Positions 15,791-34,300 of a stretch of 64,000 bases of DNA are shown piece after piece. A program made the position numbers and the translations under genes. Where the stretch lies: assembly GCF_009914755.1 (NCBI RefSeq), contig NC_060937.1; one strand, given 5' to 3'. Within the stretch, counting starts at the first letter, position 1. Each line of letters starts with the position of its first letter. The notes under the pieces were generated by a model that was not told the DNA's origin, ran no database searches, and saw only the letters and a list, made by a program, of their open reading frames with translations. The DNA comes from the human T2T-CHM13v2.0 reference genome, Homo sapiens.

Positions 15791-17735
15791 ACAGTAAATA
15801 TGGGGGATGCATATTCCCTCTTACTACATGGAAGTGGTCAATATTATAGAGAAGTCAACAGAAGGAAGATTAGGAACAGACCACATGATGTCATCGTTAG
15901 AATCTTTGATTTGGAGACAGACCTCAGAAGAGTAGTGGAAACGAATATAGAACTGTAGGGTGTAAAATGTTTGAATAACAAACTGAGTAAACAGACCATT
16001 CGTTGGAGAAATTTGACAATGAAACAAAAGAGGAAAATTGGTGGAGGTTTGTGTAACTGTTGAAGATTTTATTCATGGAAGGGAAAGCTATGTTTGTTTG
16101 GATATAGAGGAAAAAGAACCATTGGAGATGTAAAAATGAAGATTGACAGAGATAAGAGAAATAATGCAGAAAAGCTGTCATGAGTTAAGAAAGGACTTAG
16201 AAGAAATAGAGAAGTTTGCTCTGGAGGGGAGCAAGGACAACTTCTAAACTTAGAAGGATAAATTATAGGCTAGGAATAGACATGGGTTGAGGGAAATGTA
16301 AATGGAATTTTCTCTGTCCATTTTATTTATTCAATTTACCATTCAGGATATTCTAATTCAGTTATTACTTGATTTTGTGTCCAAAGGATACCTCTTTTTG
16401 ACTTGACCTGATGTTCTGAGAACTTCTCCAAATTATTTTTTTCTTACAAATAAATAGAAATTAAGTAGCCCCCAAAGTAATCCAAATGTTTACTAAATGT
16501 AGAAGTTGACAAAGATTTTTTTCATTACAGTTAAATTCTACCAATAAAACAACCTCCACATAGAGAAATTATACTCTTTTGTCATAAACAAACATTTAAA
16601 ACTGCACAGTTTAGTATTTCAATATGGAAATTTCCTTTTATGTAATAAAGATGGTTAATCCAAAGAAGACATGATTTGTCAAGAAGAATGGTTACAGACC
16701 ACTTTCAAGATGGCTGAGTGGGAAAAGCTTTGGTCTACAGGTCCCAGCAAGATTTACGCAGAAGATGGTGATTTCTGCATTTCTAAGTGAGGTACCTCGT
16801 TCATCTCACTGGGACTGGTTGGACAGTGGGTGCAGCCCATGGAGGGCGAGCTGAACCAGGGCAGGGTGTCGCCTCACCTGGGAAGTACAAGAGGTCTGGG
16901 GATTTCCCTTTCCTAGCCAAGGGAAGCCATGAGTGACTGTACCTGGAGGAATGGTACACGCCTGCCCAAATACTGTGCTTTTCCAATAGTCTTCACAACC
17001 AGCAGACCAGGAGACTCCCCCCGTGCCTGGCTTGGTGGATCCCACACCCACAGATCCTTGCTAGCTGCTAGCACAGCAGTGTGAGATTGACCTGGGATGC
17101 TGGAGCTTGGCAGGGGGAGGGGCATCTGCCACTGCTGAGGCTTTAGTAGGCAGGTATATGCTCACAGTGTAAACAAAGCAGCAGGGAAGCTTGAACTGGG
17201 CAGAGCCCACCACAGCCCAGCAAGGCCTACTGCCTCTCTAGATTCCACCTCTTGGGGCAGAGCATACCTGAACAAAAGGCAGCAGACAGCTACTGCAGAC
17301 TTAAACGTCCCTGCCTGACAGCACCGAAGAGAGCAGTGGTTCCCCCCAGCATGGCATTTGAGCTCCGATAACGGACAGACTGCCTCCTCAAGTGGGTCCC
17401 TGACCCCCATGTAGCCTGACTGGGAGGCATCTCCCAGTAGGGGCCTACAGACACCTCATACAGGTGGATGCCCCTCTGGGACGAAGCTTCCAGAGGAAGG
17501 ATCAGGCAGCAGTATTTGCTGTTCTGCAGCTTCCACTGGTGATACCCAGGCAAACAGGGTCTAAAGTGGACGTCCAGCGAATTCCAACAGACCTGCAGCT
17601 GAGGGACCTGACTGTTAGAAGGAAAACTAACAAACAGAAAGGAATAACATCAACGTAAACAAAAAGGACATCCACACCAAAATCCCATCCATAGGTCACC
17701 AACATCAAAGACCAAAGGTAGATAAAACCACAAAG

Positions 17736-18757
17736 ATGGGGAGAAACCAGAGCAGAAGGGCTGAAAATTCCAAAAATCAGAATGCCTCTGCTCCTCCAAA
17801 GGAACACAACTCCACGCCAGTAAGGGAACAAAACTGGATGGAGAATGACTTTGACGAGTTGACAGAAGTAGGCTTCAGAAGGTTAGTAATAAACTTCTCC
17901 GAGCTAAAAGAGCATGTTCTAACCCATTGCAAGGAAGCTAAAAACCTTGAAAAAAGGTTAGACTAATGGCTAACTAGAATAACCAGTGTAGAGAAGAGCT
18001 TAAGTGACCTGATGGACCTGAAAATTGCAGTACGAGAACTTGGTGAAGCATACACAAGTATCAATAGCTGAATAGATCAAGTTGAAGAAAGGATAGCAGC
18101 AATTGAACATCAAATTAATGAAGTAAAGCATGAAGACAAGATTAGAGAAAAAAGAGTGAAAAGAAATGAACAAAGCTTCCAAGAAATATGGGACTATGTG
18201 AAAAGACCAACTCTACGCTTGATTGGTGTATGTGAAAGTGACAGAAAGAATGGAACCAAGTTAGAAAACATTCTTCAGGATATTATCCAGGAGAATTTCC
18301 CCAACCTAGCAAGACAGGCCAACATTCAAATTCAGGAAATACAGAGAACACCACAAAGATACTCCTCGAGACGAGCCACCCCAAGACACATAATTGACAG
18401 AATCACCAAGGTTGAAATGAAGGAAAAAATGTTAACGGCAGCCAGAGAGAAAGGTTGGGTTACCCACAAAGGGAAGCCCATCAGACTAACAGTGGATATC
18501 TCTGCAGAAACCCTACAAGCCAGAAGAGAGTGGGGCCAATATTCAACATTCTTGAAGAAAATAATTTTCAACCCAGAATCCCATATCCAGCCAAACTAAC
18601 CTTCGTAAGTGAAGGAGAAATAAAATCCTTTACAGACAAACATATGCTGAGAGATTTTGTCATCACCAGGCCCATCCTACAAGAGCTCCTGAAAGAAGCA
18701 CTAAACTTGGAAAGGAACAACCGGTACCAGCCACTGCGAAAACATGCCAAATTGTAA
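17736..18757 (+). pseudogene. Disrupted L1 ORF1p
   Basis: Fragments MGRNQSRRAENSKNQ, QEIWDYVKRP and RNNRYQPLRKHAKL are split by stops and a frameshift. Confidence 0.9.
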
Positions 18758-18820
18758 AGACCCTCAACGCTATGAAGAAACTGCATCAACTAACAGGCAA
18801 AGTAACCAGCTAGGATCATA

Positions 18821-22208
<3,388 letters not shown>

Positions 22209-23682
22209 GGGGAGGGATAGCCTTAGGAGAAATACCTAATGTAAATGACGGGTTGATGGGTGCAGCAAACCAACATGGCACGTATATACCTATGTAACAA
22301 ACCTGCACGTTGTGTACCTGTACCCTAGAACTTAAAGTATAATAATTTAAAAAAAGAAGAGATGAGCACCCAAAAGTTGTAGATGGCATATCTGAACATC
22401 TGCTATAGGGCTGACTGAATACATGTAATTTTTAGTCAGTATAAGATGACTTTATCCCTTACTATGAAATCAATCTTCTACTTTGATATGGTGATTAGAA
22501 GACACTTTTGTTTTACAAAATAAGAGCACATATGGCCTGTGTTGTATATTCCATGATAATTTTTAAAGGGAATTATTTTCCCTTTTGTTCTAATACAATT
22601 GGTGTATTTGTATAAATTTTTAAATGCGAACCAGGAAAATACCAAAAAAAAAGAGGCTATGTTTAGAATTACCCTCAGGCATCTGGTGTGAGCTTGGATT
22701 GTTTTGACAAATCAAGACATTTGGGTGCTTAAAATACAAGGTAATGTAATGAAAGGTCTATATATTCCATTAAATTTATGTCATTGAATAACAGGTTTGG
22801 TTTGGAGGGCATACATGTAACTTCTTTTGAGACAAGAAATATTTTTACATTATGAAAAACTGCATGCTGACTATAATGTCTACTCATGATAAACTACATG
22901 GAATCTTCAAGAAGCTAAGCATGGAATTAATGTTGGCTTTTATTATTATACTCTCTGGGATACTAATGCACGTTAGAGAAATATGTAAACAACTTGGGAA
23001 AAAACTAAATTGGGAAATTTTTAAAAAGGAAATACATTGCTTAGCACTTATATTGTAGTGTTTACATTTTCCAAGTAATTTATATACTTATTACAGACAT
23101 ACTGTAGTTCCTAAATGTGAATAGACTATAAGATACTAGCCTGAGTTTATTTAGTAGCTGATGGCCTTCTGCCCATCCTCAGGTTGCTCTAAGCAAAGTC
23201 CACGTTTTTTTAATTGAATTCTGATTCTTTTTGAATATAAAATAGATTATACATTTGTTTAAATTTTGTAATATTACATTACATATTTAAAGAAAACTTT
23301 AGAGAACGGTTTACTTTTTCCTTCTGTTTTAACAGAGTAATGGAAAGCATGCATGCAGAACAATAACAATGCAACATAAGCATCTGTGGCCCCAGGTGGC
23401 AGGGATGTAGAGAGAACATAGGAGATACCTATATGTAAAAATTCAGCTAGTTATGGACAAGATTCAACAAAGCTGGTACTTACCTTAACACTGCTTTGTT
23501 TCCAACTATATTCTTAAAACAAAATTTGGTAAAGTAAAAATACAGTACATACACAAAAAAACCAAGGTGGATGACATGCAGATCAGGTTTAAACCTGGCA
23601 GAGACCAGGTATTAAAGGAAGTAAAGACATCAGAGAGCCAGAAAAACTCATATTTGTTCATGACTTATTAAAAATCACATTA

Positions 23683-24087
<405 letters not shown>

Positions 24088-24143
24088 CTAGTCATTCTTG
24101 AAAAAAATTTGAATAGAAAGGGACAAAATTAAAATATGATTTA

Positions 24144-24507
<364 letters not shown>

Positions 24508-25103
24508 TTAGAAACAGTAGTGTACAACAAGCATTAAATAGAAGGAGAGTTTGGGTGTAGAAAGAATAGATTGTATTGAACAAACTCAATAAGGATGTTA
24601 TAAATTTGAACAATGGAAGAAAAAAGGATAGTTGAAAGGCAGTTTTAAAGTATATGAAAGTGGCTTCATTTTCTCTACCTATTATTGTATTGTAAGTTTA
24701 ACACATGGCAATACAATGCAATGTAATTGACCATTTTATGTTCAAGCCTAATCCCTGCTAAAAGTATTAAGAGCCTTTATTGGTCCCATCATTTAACCAA
24801 AATGCTCAAGGTCTACAAGATAAAACCCCGTGAACTCACAAAAACAGATTCTATAAATGATTTGTCATCTTTATGCTACCGCCAAATACTGCCTGTTGGT
24901 TTAGCCACTTTTGATTCTTGTTTTCAAGTACATAATTAAATAGAAATTTGATGCTTAAATAACTAAGAACCAATACTTTTCCATATCATTTCATTTCTGC
25001 TATCATATATCTTATTTTTGGTACCAGTTCAGCCCAGTAAGACCTGAAGGAAGGACTTAGAACCTGGGATACTCAAGACAGAAAGAACTATGTATGCTTT
25101 AGC

Positions 25104-25400
25104 ACAAGGATTGGCAAACTATTTCTTAGATGGGCCAAAACATGAATACTTCGGGCTTTGCAACCATGTAGTCTCTGTCATAGTGCTCAACTTTCCCATA
25201 ACATGGAATTTGCTACATACAATATGTAAAAGAATAAGCTCAGCTGTGTTCTGATAAAATTTTATGAACACTGAAATTTGAATATTGTATAACTTTTAAG
25301 TATCATGAAATATTGCCTTTCTTTCTGTTTTTCCACTAACTTTAAAATATTAAAACTATTTTTAGCTCACAGGCCATATAAAACAGAAGGTGGGCCAGCT
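25104..25400. mobile_element. MER58B-like hAT-Charlie element
   Basis: caaggattggcaaact...gctgtgttctgataaaattttatgaacactgaaatttgaat...tagctcacaggccata. Confidence 0.7.
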
Positions 25401-28238
25401 CTGGAGAATTGATTTTCAGACTGCAGGCTGTGATTCATTAGGTATACAATGTAATCAATAAAGCAAGCCCTGGCCAATACTTTTTAAGGGCAAACCATGC
25501 CATAGCATAACATAGATGAGAATATCACAGTTAAAGGAAGTACTATTTTGTAAAACATTTGTTTCAGTTACATATACAGGATCATGATATGAAATGTATT
25601 GCTGTAGACTGTAATAAAAAAGATTTTAAATCATTAATCTTTACTAGCAAGGAAATTTAGTGTCAAGAATGTGATGTGTCTTAGCTCAAGTTTACACAGC
25701 TAGTTTGTAGAGACTACATTAAAACCAGATATTCTGATTTTCAGTTCAGAGTTTCTTTGACTGAATTAAAAATTAGATTCAGACTAAAATAATTCTGAAA
25801 TACTTATAAAATTGCCTAATTTTGAATGATCAGGATAAACCCTAACATTAAAATATTTAGAGGAATGTAAAAACTAACTGGCTTATTACTAACATTCAGA
25901 TTATTAGCAATAGTCACCTAATTTGAGTTTAAAACAATACAATGAATTAGAAAGTATACAGACAGAGTTTTTCCTGGACCTTGATCTGTGCTGTCCAGAT
26001 ATGTTGTTCCTTGCTCTCTAGTTTCAGACTAGGAGGTCAGGCCCAGGGCATGTCAACTTTGACCATCAGTCTTCAGTCTGTCCTTCTCAGGTATCAAAAC
26101 ACAATTTTTCCCATTACACATGCCCCTTAATTAGGTAGCGTTACCACAACATAGGTGGACACTGGATCACAAGAGAAATAAGCCACCAAGAACTAACTTG
26201 CTGAAAAGCCTGAGAAAAATAAGCTGAGGGAATGGACATTTCCTAAGACATAAACCTGGAGAAGTTATCCATTTCTCCTGTCTGCCCATCATGGGTGTGT
26301 CAGGTTGATTTTTTAAAGGACAATTTTAACATATAAGACTATTTTCTAATTTTTAAATTATTTGAAATTTATTTTAGTAGAGATTTTATTTGTGTGTATC
26401 TAGCTAAATTAATTTATAGGGATATACATGTTATATTATCCACACCTGAAAGGTTGTTCTCTCTGTACTCAGTAGGATTGTTCTAATTACACAAAGTCCA
26501 ACCAAATATATTCTTCTGATTAAACATATATTTTAGCTTATAAACTATTTACTTAAAAAGATTATATAGGTAATTTCAACTGAAAAATATTCTCACATTA
26601 AGTGTGCTATTTACATATTTGTTTTGTTATAGAGAATATCTGAGGCTCTACATCCTCTCATGAGTAAAAGAAGATGTTTAAATTAATTTCAGCAGATTTT
26701 CTTTTATAAATTGAATAATATTATTTATAATTACTGATCCTAGAATAATCCCTAGGTCAGTTTTTCTCTAGAAATTAATAGCTGTTCATTATTTCAAGTT
26801 AAATATTTCCTACTGGTATTTTTTAATTCCACCATTTTCTAATAATCACAATAGGAATTACATTAATAGCATCATTTAGCTTGCTTACCAAGTCAATATC
26901 CTAAAAAGATTCTGAGATAATACTTGGTCTCATCATAATAAACTGATCAATGTAACTACCTGTATACTCCATTAGAATTCAGGCTTCTCCAGCAGATGGA
27001 ACATAACTGTTTTATATTTGTGTCCTGGCCTATGGTAAGTATGCACACTACTTATAGAATCAAATCTTTGGATGCCTTTTATCCTTGGAAATGACTGGGT
27101 TCTCTTTTTGACAGATTTTTTTTTTTGCCATTTATTTGATGCCCTTTTTTAGATTTCCTAGTTCATCCAATTTCAAAATATAACTCACTTTGTAATAGAT
27201 CTCCGTCATATTATAACTGGATTCTGAGTAATAAAAGTACCACTTACTTTTAGTTTATAATAGGTCTAATATTTTACACTAGAAGTGTTTTTTTAAAATT
27301 ACGAAGTGACTCACATACTGACTTCTTTATTGTATCATTATTGGACTGTATTCTGGTATGTAATATAGAACTTGACTCTTAAGATCTCACCATGAATTGT
27401 GGATAGTTGTGATTTGGATATAGGATTTTCTAGTTAGGCAAAATAATCTTGTTAATTCAATGACATGTAATTTTTTGTGTATATAGTCTTTGGCATACTA
27501 TCCCAATAAATTATTTCTTGGGTTGAATCATGATTATAATAGTTTCTGTGACTTTGGGGAATATCTTCAATGTTGTAAAATTGAAGGAAATTCTAAGAAC
27601 CTATTTCATTCCTATGAATGAATGCAACTGTACTGATTACTCATCTCTAATTTTTTTCTTAAATGGAGGATTCGTAAGAAAATTCGACTTGGATTACATT
27701 TGAGAATTTATTGCTTTGAGCACAAATAAGGAACTTTGTGAAGTTTAGTTTGTTTTTTCAGGGTATTTCAACAATTTGGCAATAATTATTGTATAAAGTT
27801 AATGTGCTTTTGGAAGTAAGTGAGGTTCGCCTGACTGACCTCTACTTGAACCTGCCTTAGCCTGAAACCATTTTTTTGGTGATTTATGCCTTAATTACAA
27901 TGATTATCAAATAGTTTCCTTTTACCAATTATGTTTTTTCTCTTTGACTTCGTGAATATCTTTTTATGAAGAGTGATACATAGCATTTCCATTTTACATG
28001 ATATATTATTTAAGTATTTCAAAGAAAAAACACCAGTGCTTTTTTGAATACAAAAATAAAGATCTTAAAGGTGTATACAATACAAAAGCTACCTGAAATT
28101 TATTTAAATTTGTGAACTTGTAATTAGTAAATATATTTATTTGAGAATTTAAATAAATATCAGAATTTAGGTAGTTTGAAACTGTATACAAATTGTTCGT
28201 GTATACACACTATGCTTAAAAGGATTTATATTTTATAG

Positions 28239-28551
<313 letters not shown>

Positions 28552-30326
28552 AATTATTTTATTTTTAATATGGAAGCATTACTATAGCCACTTTTATTTA
28601 AATGTAACTACTTGTGTAATGTAATCATATGACTAACATGGTATATGTTCTCTTTTGATTATTAATATTTCTTGAAATGATGTGTACATGGTTAAAACAC
28701 ATGTATCATTCTTAATAATTATTTAGGACCAGTCTTTCTTGAGCAGTGTTAAAATTTGAACCAGACATAGGTTAGTAACTTTAGAATTTAATTAAGGCTT
28801 TTGAAATTTCAAGGAGCTCAGAGAGAAATAAAGAAAGTTGATGCAGAGGAGTGATACAGGAATAACAATTGATTCTATAATTAAATTTAACCCAAAAATA
28901 ATTGCAAGATCCAAATGATTTATGATAGCGAAAATGTCTCTTATTTCCCTTATTTCATCCGTACTCATTGCTGTTGTGATTATATTAGCAAGACACTCAG
29001 GTCAGTCACCTTCTGTAGTAGAAATCTGAGTTACTACTGTGAATAAAAGTATCTCATTCAATTTCAAAAATAATTGTTTTATATTATTTAGAGTCATAGT
29101 ACTTTATTGTAATCCTTATTTCAGTACCATATTCTTTAGACTCTTACATAAATCTGTATTTGTATGTCTTATCTCTGTAACTGGTCTGTTAGCTCCTTGA
29201 GACCGAAGACTGTATCATTTCTGGATTTCTTAAAGATCCTTATAGATAGTGCAAGGCCTATAGCAGTGATGTAATTATTGTTCCTTAAATAAATTTTTAA
29301 AGCATAAATTAAAAAACAGTAAAGTTGGGGCAGTGTTTCACAGACAGTAGGTGTTAATAATATTGCTGATAATGCCATTAGAGTATTCTCTTCAGCTCAT
29401 ATTAAAATCAGGTTACTAGTTTAAATCTGTATAAAAACCATCACTATAGATTCCTTTTTGTATTATAATCTGTCATTTTGTAGAAGATTTATCTGTGAGT
29501 GTTATGAACTTCAATTCTGGCATTATGTAAAAAATTCTCAGCAGAAGCAAAACTATAAAAAAGAAAAAATATTCACAGTAAGATTTCTAGGCTGTATCAA
29601 CACAATGACAAAAAATTTAGAAAGTTTATTTCAATAAATCAATCAAAATTATTATTTGGGTATTGTGTAACTACAATTAAACTTAACTTTGTTTCTGAGC
29701 AATCTAAACATTCTGGGATTACAATTTAAAAGCACTTAGTCAACCATTCTCATGTGGAAATTGATTTCAGTTCTTCCAAATATCTGAAATTTCCGTAGGG
29801 AAATGTGTAATATCAAATTACTTTGAAATTGCAATTAAAATTAATAATATTAATTTCTTTATCAATCTTCGAAAATATCTCATGTAACACAGTACCACTG
29901 ATTTCTGACTTTTGATAAGCCAGATGCATTTTACAATTCAAATATTTTGGATCAAAGAAAGGTAATAAGTGCATATATTTCATAGCATCTTTAGGAAAGG
30001 CTGGGAGAGCTCCCTAATAAAACACATTAACATGTCTACAGTAATACATAAGGATTTTCACAATAAATAGAATAACAAATTGTAAATAGCATCACATTAT
30101 TCAGGGGAAATTTTGCTGATAATTGAATTTGTGATAATCTTACATGAAAGCTTTCAGTTTTCAGAGCTTTTTGGGTTTCAGAATTGTAAAGTATCATGGA
30201 TGTACAGCTGAAATAATTGCCCCTGTGATTTTTAATATCTATAGATGTGTAAGTGTGTGTATGTATGCATATGTTTTTCTTTTTCCTTTTCTCTTACAGA
30301 TATGTACTCATGCACATGTGTACACA

Positions 30327-30327
<1 letters not shown>

Positions 30328-30357
<30 letters not shown>
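30328..30357. repeat. (CA)n microsatellite
   Basis: Direct reading of the sequence. Confidence 0.95.
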
Positions 30358-30358
<1 letters not shown>

Positions 30359-30394
30359 ACACAGATGCATGTACACACACATCTTGGGATGAGT

Positions 30395-30557
30395 AAATAG
30401 TTTCCTTGGAAGACAGCCAAACTCATTTGTTTATGTATTGTCTATGGCTACCTTTGTACCACATGCCAGAGTTCAGTGGTTGTGACAGAAACTTATAGCC
30501 ACCAAAGTCAAAAATATTTACTATCAGGACCTTTACAGAAAAAGTTTGCTGCCCCCT
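30395..30557. mobile_element. MER58A-like fragment
   Basis: ctcatttgtttatgtattgtctatggct...aaaatatttactatcaggacctttacagaaaaagtttgctgcccc. Confidence 0.7.
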
Positions 30558-31489
30558 AATATATCTGGTATATCCAGAAACTTACGTTTTGTTCCTATTT
30601 TAAAGACAGTAAGACTGCCATAAGTTTGTGATAACTCAGTTTTTAGTGAACTAAAGAAATCAATGAATGCATGAACTCTCACTGTCTTTACAGTATTTTG
30701 CAGGGTTTTTTTTGTTAAAATTTATAATCCAAACATGAATGTAAGCTGCATTGGCTTAATTATATTTAAATAAACTTTTTTAGTCAAAAAAATGAATTTT
30801 ATTATAGTTTTAAGTTAATATTAGAGTTGATTCCATTTGTAATACAGTTTTAAAATAAAATACTTGAGAGAACACATAGGCAAACCTTAAAATGTCCAAT
30901 TAACATAGTAACTAATCTACCTATATACATCTTAATATTAATTTTAGCAATGATAAAAATTTAAGCCATTATTGTTATTTCAAAGGATGTTTCATGTCTA
31001 TTTTTGTTTGTTTTCTTGGTTTTGAATTAGAAAGCCACATGAATTGCTTGCTTTGCTGTTTTTTAGGGTTTAGATCTTAGTAAGTTCAGGTGACTTACAT
31101 GGTAACATTGAAAGTAAATTTTACAGAGAGAAGCATATCACAGTGAGGGAATAGGAAGACAATTTCATGTTTCAGATTAAAAAAGTAAAAGAATAGTAGA
31201 AAATATCAGAAATTACTGTTGTGCAGATAGAGGTGTATAAGTATTACAGGAGTCTAAAAGACACTCATTATGGTAATACCCTGTGTCTTAGAATCCTTCA
31301 CAATACCATGGGAGAAGTGTAGAGAACAGAATTTTGAAGAATACACCACTGAAACTAAGGCAAATGAAGCATATTGGACATGCAAAATTCCTTTCCACGT
31401 CTATAGTTATTCAACATTTGTTACTGAAATGAAAGTATTTCAGTGCCATTCAGCTCTACTAATTTGGGGATTTTTAAAAGTTAAGAATA

Positions 31490-31682
31490 GGCTGGACCTG
31501 GTGGCTCAAGCCTGTAATCCCAGCACTTTGGGAGGTCCAGGTGGATGGATTGCTTGAGCTCAGGAGTTCACATCAGCTTGGGAAAGTTGGCAAAACCCTG
31601 TCTCCACGAAAATTACAAAAATTATCCACTGTACTCCAGCCCAGGTGACAGAGCAAGATTTTGCTTCCAAAACAAACAAAAA
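31490..31682 (+). mobile_element. Old Alu with most of the right arm deleted
   Basis: Left arm followed by caaaaattatccactgtactccagcc, which jumps from the linker to the 3' end. Confidence 0.85.
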
Positions 31683-31859
31683 GATTAAAAATCATTAGAA
31701 GATTAACTAAAAACTAGTTAGTCCTAGGCATATTTGATTTTTAAAATTCAGATTGTCAGTATAGTCATGTCTATTTGATAGAAAATAAATTGGTATCTTT
31801 TATTGTGAGGAGAAATATTGTCTATAATGAAACTGATCACTTTTCCTTCTGCAGATTTG

Positions 31860-32582
31860 CTTCTTAATTTGCTTTCCTTATCTCAGTTAAAGGTATCATC
31901 ATCACACTCTGATGGTTCCTTTACCCTGTCCCAAATAGTTGTTAAAATAGTTGTCTAAAATAGTTTGTCTCATTACAGAATGCCTTGAGTCTGTCTCTCC
32001 TTGCATTGTCACCATCTTGAGCTCAAGCTTTCAGTCGTGTAACTAAACTCTTTAGTTACTAGCTTCTTCCTATACTGCTGACAGAAAGTGGTCTTTCCAA
32101 AATAGAGCTAATTCTGTCTGCGCCCTGCTTAAAATCCTGTAGTGGCTCCCTGGTGATGATAGGATAGTGTGCCATGTATGGCTCTGCTTCCTGCCTACCT
32201 CTCTGTCTTCATTTCCAGTCACTTCCTTTCATCCTTCACAGCCTACGACATAACATTCCAACTCCACTTTGCTGACGATTGCATGCTTCTTTATACCTCA
32301 GACATTTCTCTGTCACCTGGAATGACCTTCCTTTCTTTCTACTTTTTGCTTAGATAGGCTCAGCATTATCCAACTTAAATGTCACATTCCCCATAACTTC
32401 TTCTCCTAGACACAGTTGCTTACTACCCTTCCTGTGCTTCTCACACTGCATTCTCTATGAACCCCCTAAGATTCTCTATCATGATTATTTGCTTATATTA
32501 TCTGCCCCACATCCCACTTAGTACCTGCCATGGTGTCAGGCACATTAGACAATATGTTTGGTAAATGTTTTTTGAATGAATT
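31860..32582 (+). mobile_element. L2 3' region
   Basis: ccctgcttaaaatcctgtagtggctccc and terminal gtaaatgttttttgaatgaat. Confidence 0.65.
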
Positions 32583-34094
32583 GGGATCTTATTCTAAAAA
32601 ATGATGTTCTTATTTTTGCTCAAAATGTAATTTTTTCTCTACAGTTGATAGTGAATGATGATTTATAGATTTATTGATTCAATTAATATTTACTGATAAT
32701 ATATTCAAAGCAATCATAGATGTCTGTCAGAGTCTCCTCTCTTGGATCCTTACTTAAAGAAAACTTTGACATTTAAAAGATTAGTTCCATATAAGAGCAT
32801 GATTTCTTGTCCCTAGAACATGTAATATTCTTCATCTCCCACCATGAGGAACATTCTGCTAGAGATGGAATTTTTCAACGGTATTTTAAAGCTTTAGGGC
32901 TCTTTTAACTTGATATTCAATTCAACAGATGTAAAAAGTTAGACCCGCAGATTGACTCAAAAGAGTCTGACAGTTCTTTATTAAAATAATATCATTGTAC
33001 CTTTTAGTAGTGTTTGTATTAAATAAAGATAGCTTTGTCCCAAAGGCCAAGCTTCTAACTTTATACTCATTTTGGAGATTTCTTATCTGGTTTATCATTT
33101 GTGGCAGTTTTTTGTTTTGTTTTGTTTTGTTTTGTTTTATCTTGTTTTTTAGTGGGGAGGGAGTGTCATTCTGAAAATAGAAATTGACTTCCTACCCCTA
33201 GTCAGTGTGAACCCAAAAGAACTGCCAGTTTTTTTGGATAATGGTTTACTCAGCTATATCTGTTTTATTTACTGCCTGGATCTGGACCACCTCAAGTTTG
33301 TCCAGCTAATTAATCTTCTCAAGTACTTGTATCTTAGCCACTCAGTGAGCTGACTTCATCTTTCAACAATATAGTTCATAATATATTCAAAAGCACTTAA
33401 TGGACGGTTTCCTTACTGTTAGAATATCTCCCAAATATACAAGCCTCCTTCCTCATAGGCCCCCACACATTTATTGTTTACATCCCAGGTGTTCATTTTA
33501 TACTGCTAAGCTGTATGGCTTGCAGTACTGAATCAGTAATTCTGGTTAGAATATTTATTCCAGTGAACATATATATTTTCTGGTGAAAATATTCTATTAC
33601 TTTGCCTGCACTCCTAACTATATTTTTGTTGGGGAGGCACATATGTACAGCTCCTTTGGGGGCTTCTTCTTAATTAACAAGGCACAGATTGTCATGATAG
33701 AATAGGAATGCTATAAACAGTCCTTAGTATCATTTCTCCCGTTTTATAACTTGCTTTAAATTATTCCTTTTGTCTTTCAAAACCATATAATTTTCCTTCA
33801 ATCTTAATCTATCTTTGGTTTTCACCCTAGCCCTCCAGTCCACTTTTAAACACTCTTATAGTCTATTCATCCATCCCCCAAGCTATAAAGGTTTTTTTCA
33901 GATTTTCTCTTTGTTCTCTGCTTCCTGTGTACTTTTTGCTTAAGCTATTGCTTTTTGTCCCCTTGTCTGACCACAATAAGCTACTTTCACCAGGAAAACT
34001 GTCAAAATCATTCACCTTTGAATTGACCATTACAACCCTTCTCATAATCAAATATTGCCATCTTATTAATGCCAAACTATTCATGTAGCTCTGC

Positions 34095-34300
34095 AGCAAA
34101 CAGAATGGGCTTTGAGTTAGATGACCTGAATTTGGGACCCAGTTCCACCACTGACTGAATGACACACCTTTGGCTAGCCACCAAGTCTCTTCAATTTTTA
34201 TGTATCAAATGAGGTAGTAATAACTAGTTTAAACAGTTATTAAGAGATTCAAATGAGTCAGCATATATGTAAGTTATTTGTAAATTCTAAAGCTCTATAT
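34095..34300 (+). mobile_element. MIR
   Basis: atgggctttgagttagatgacctgaattt...ccagttccaccactgact. Confidence 0.65.

Noticed and set aside
23336-23395. Possible cryptic exon after a strong acceptor (ccttctgttttaacAG)
   Set aside because: The only nearby donor (CAG/GTGGCA) is weak and nothing else supports it.
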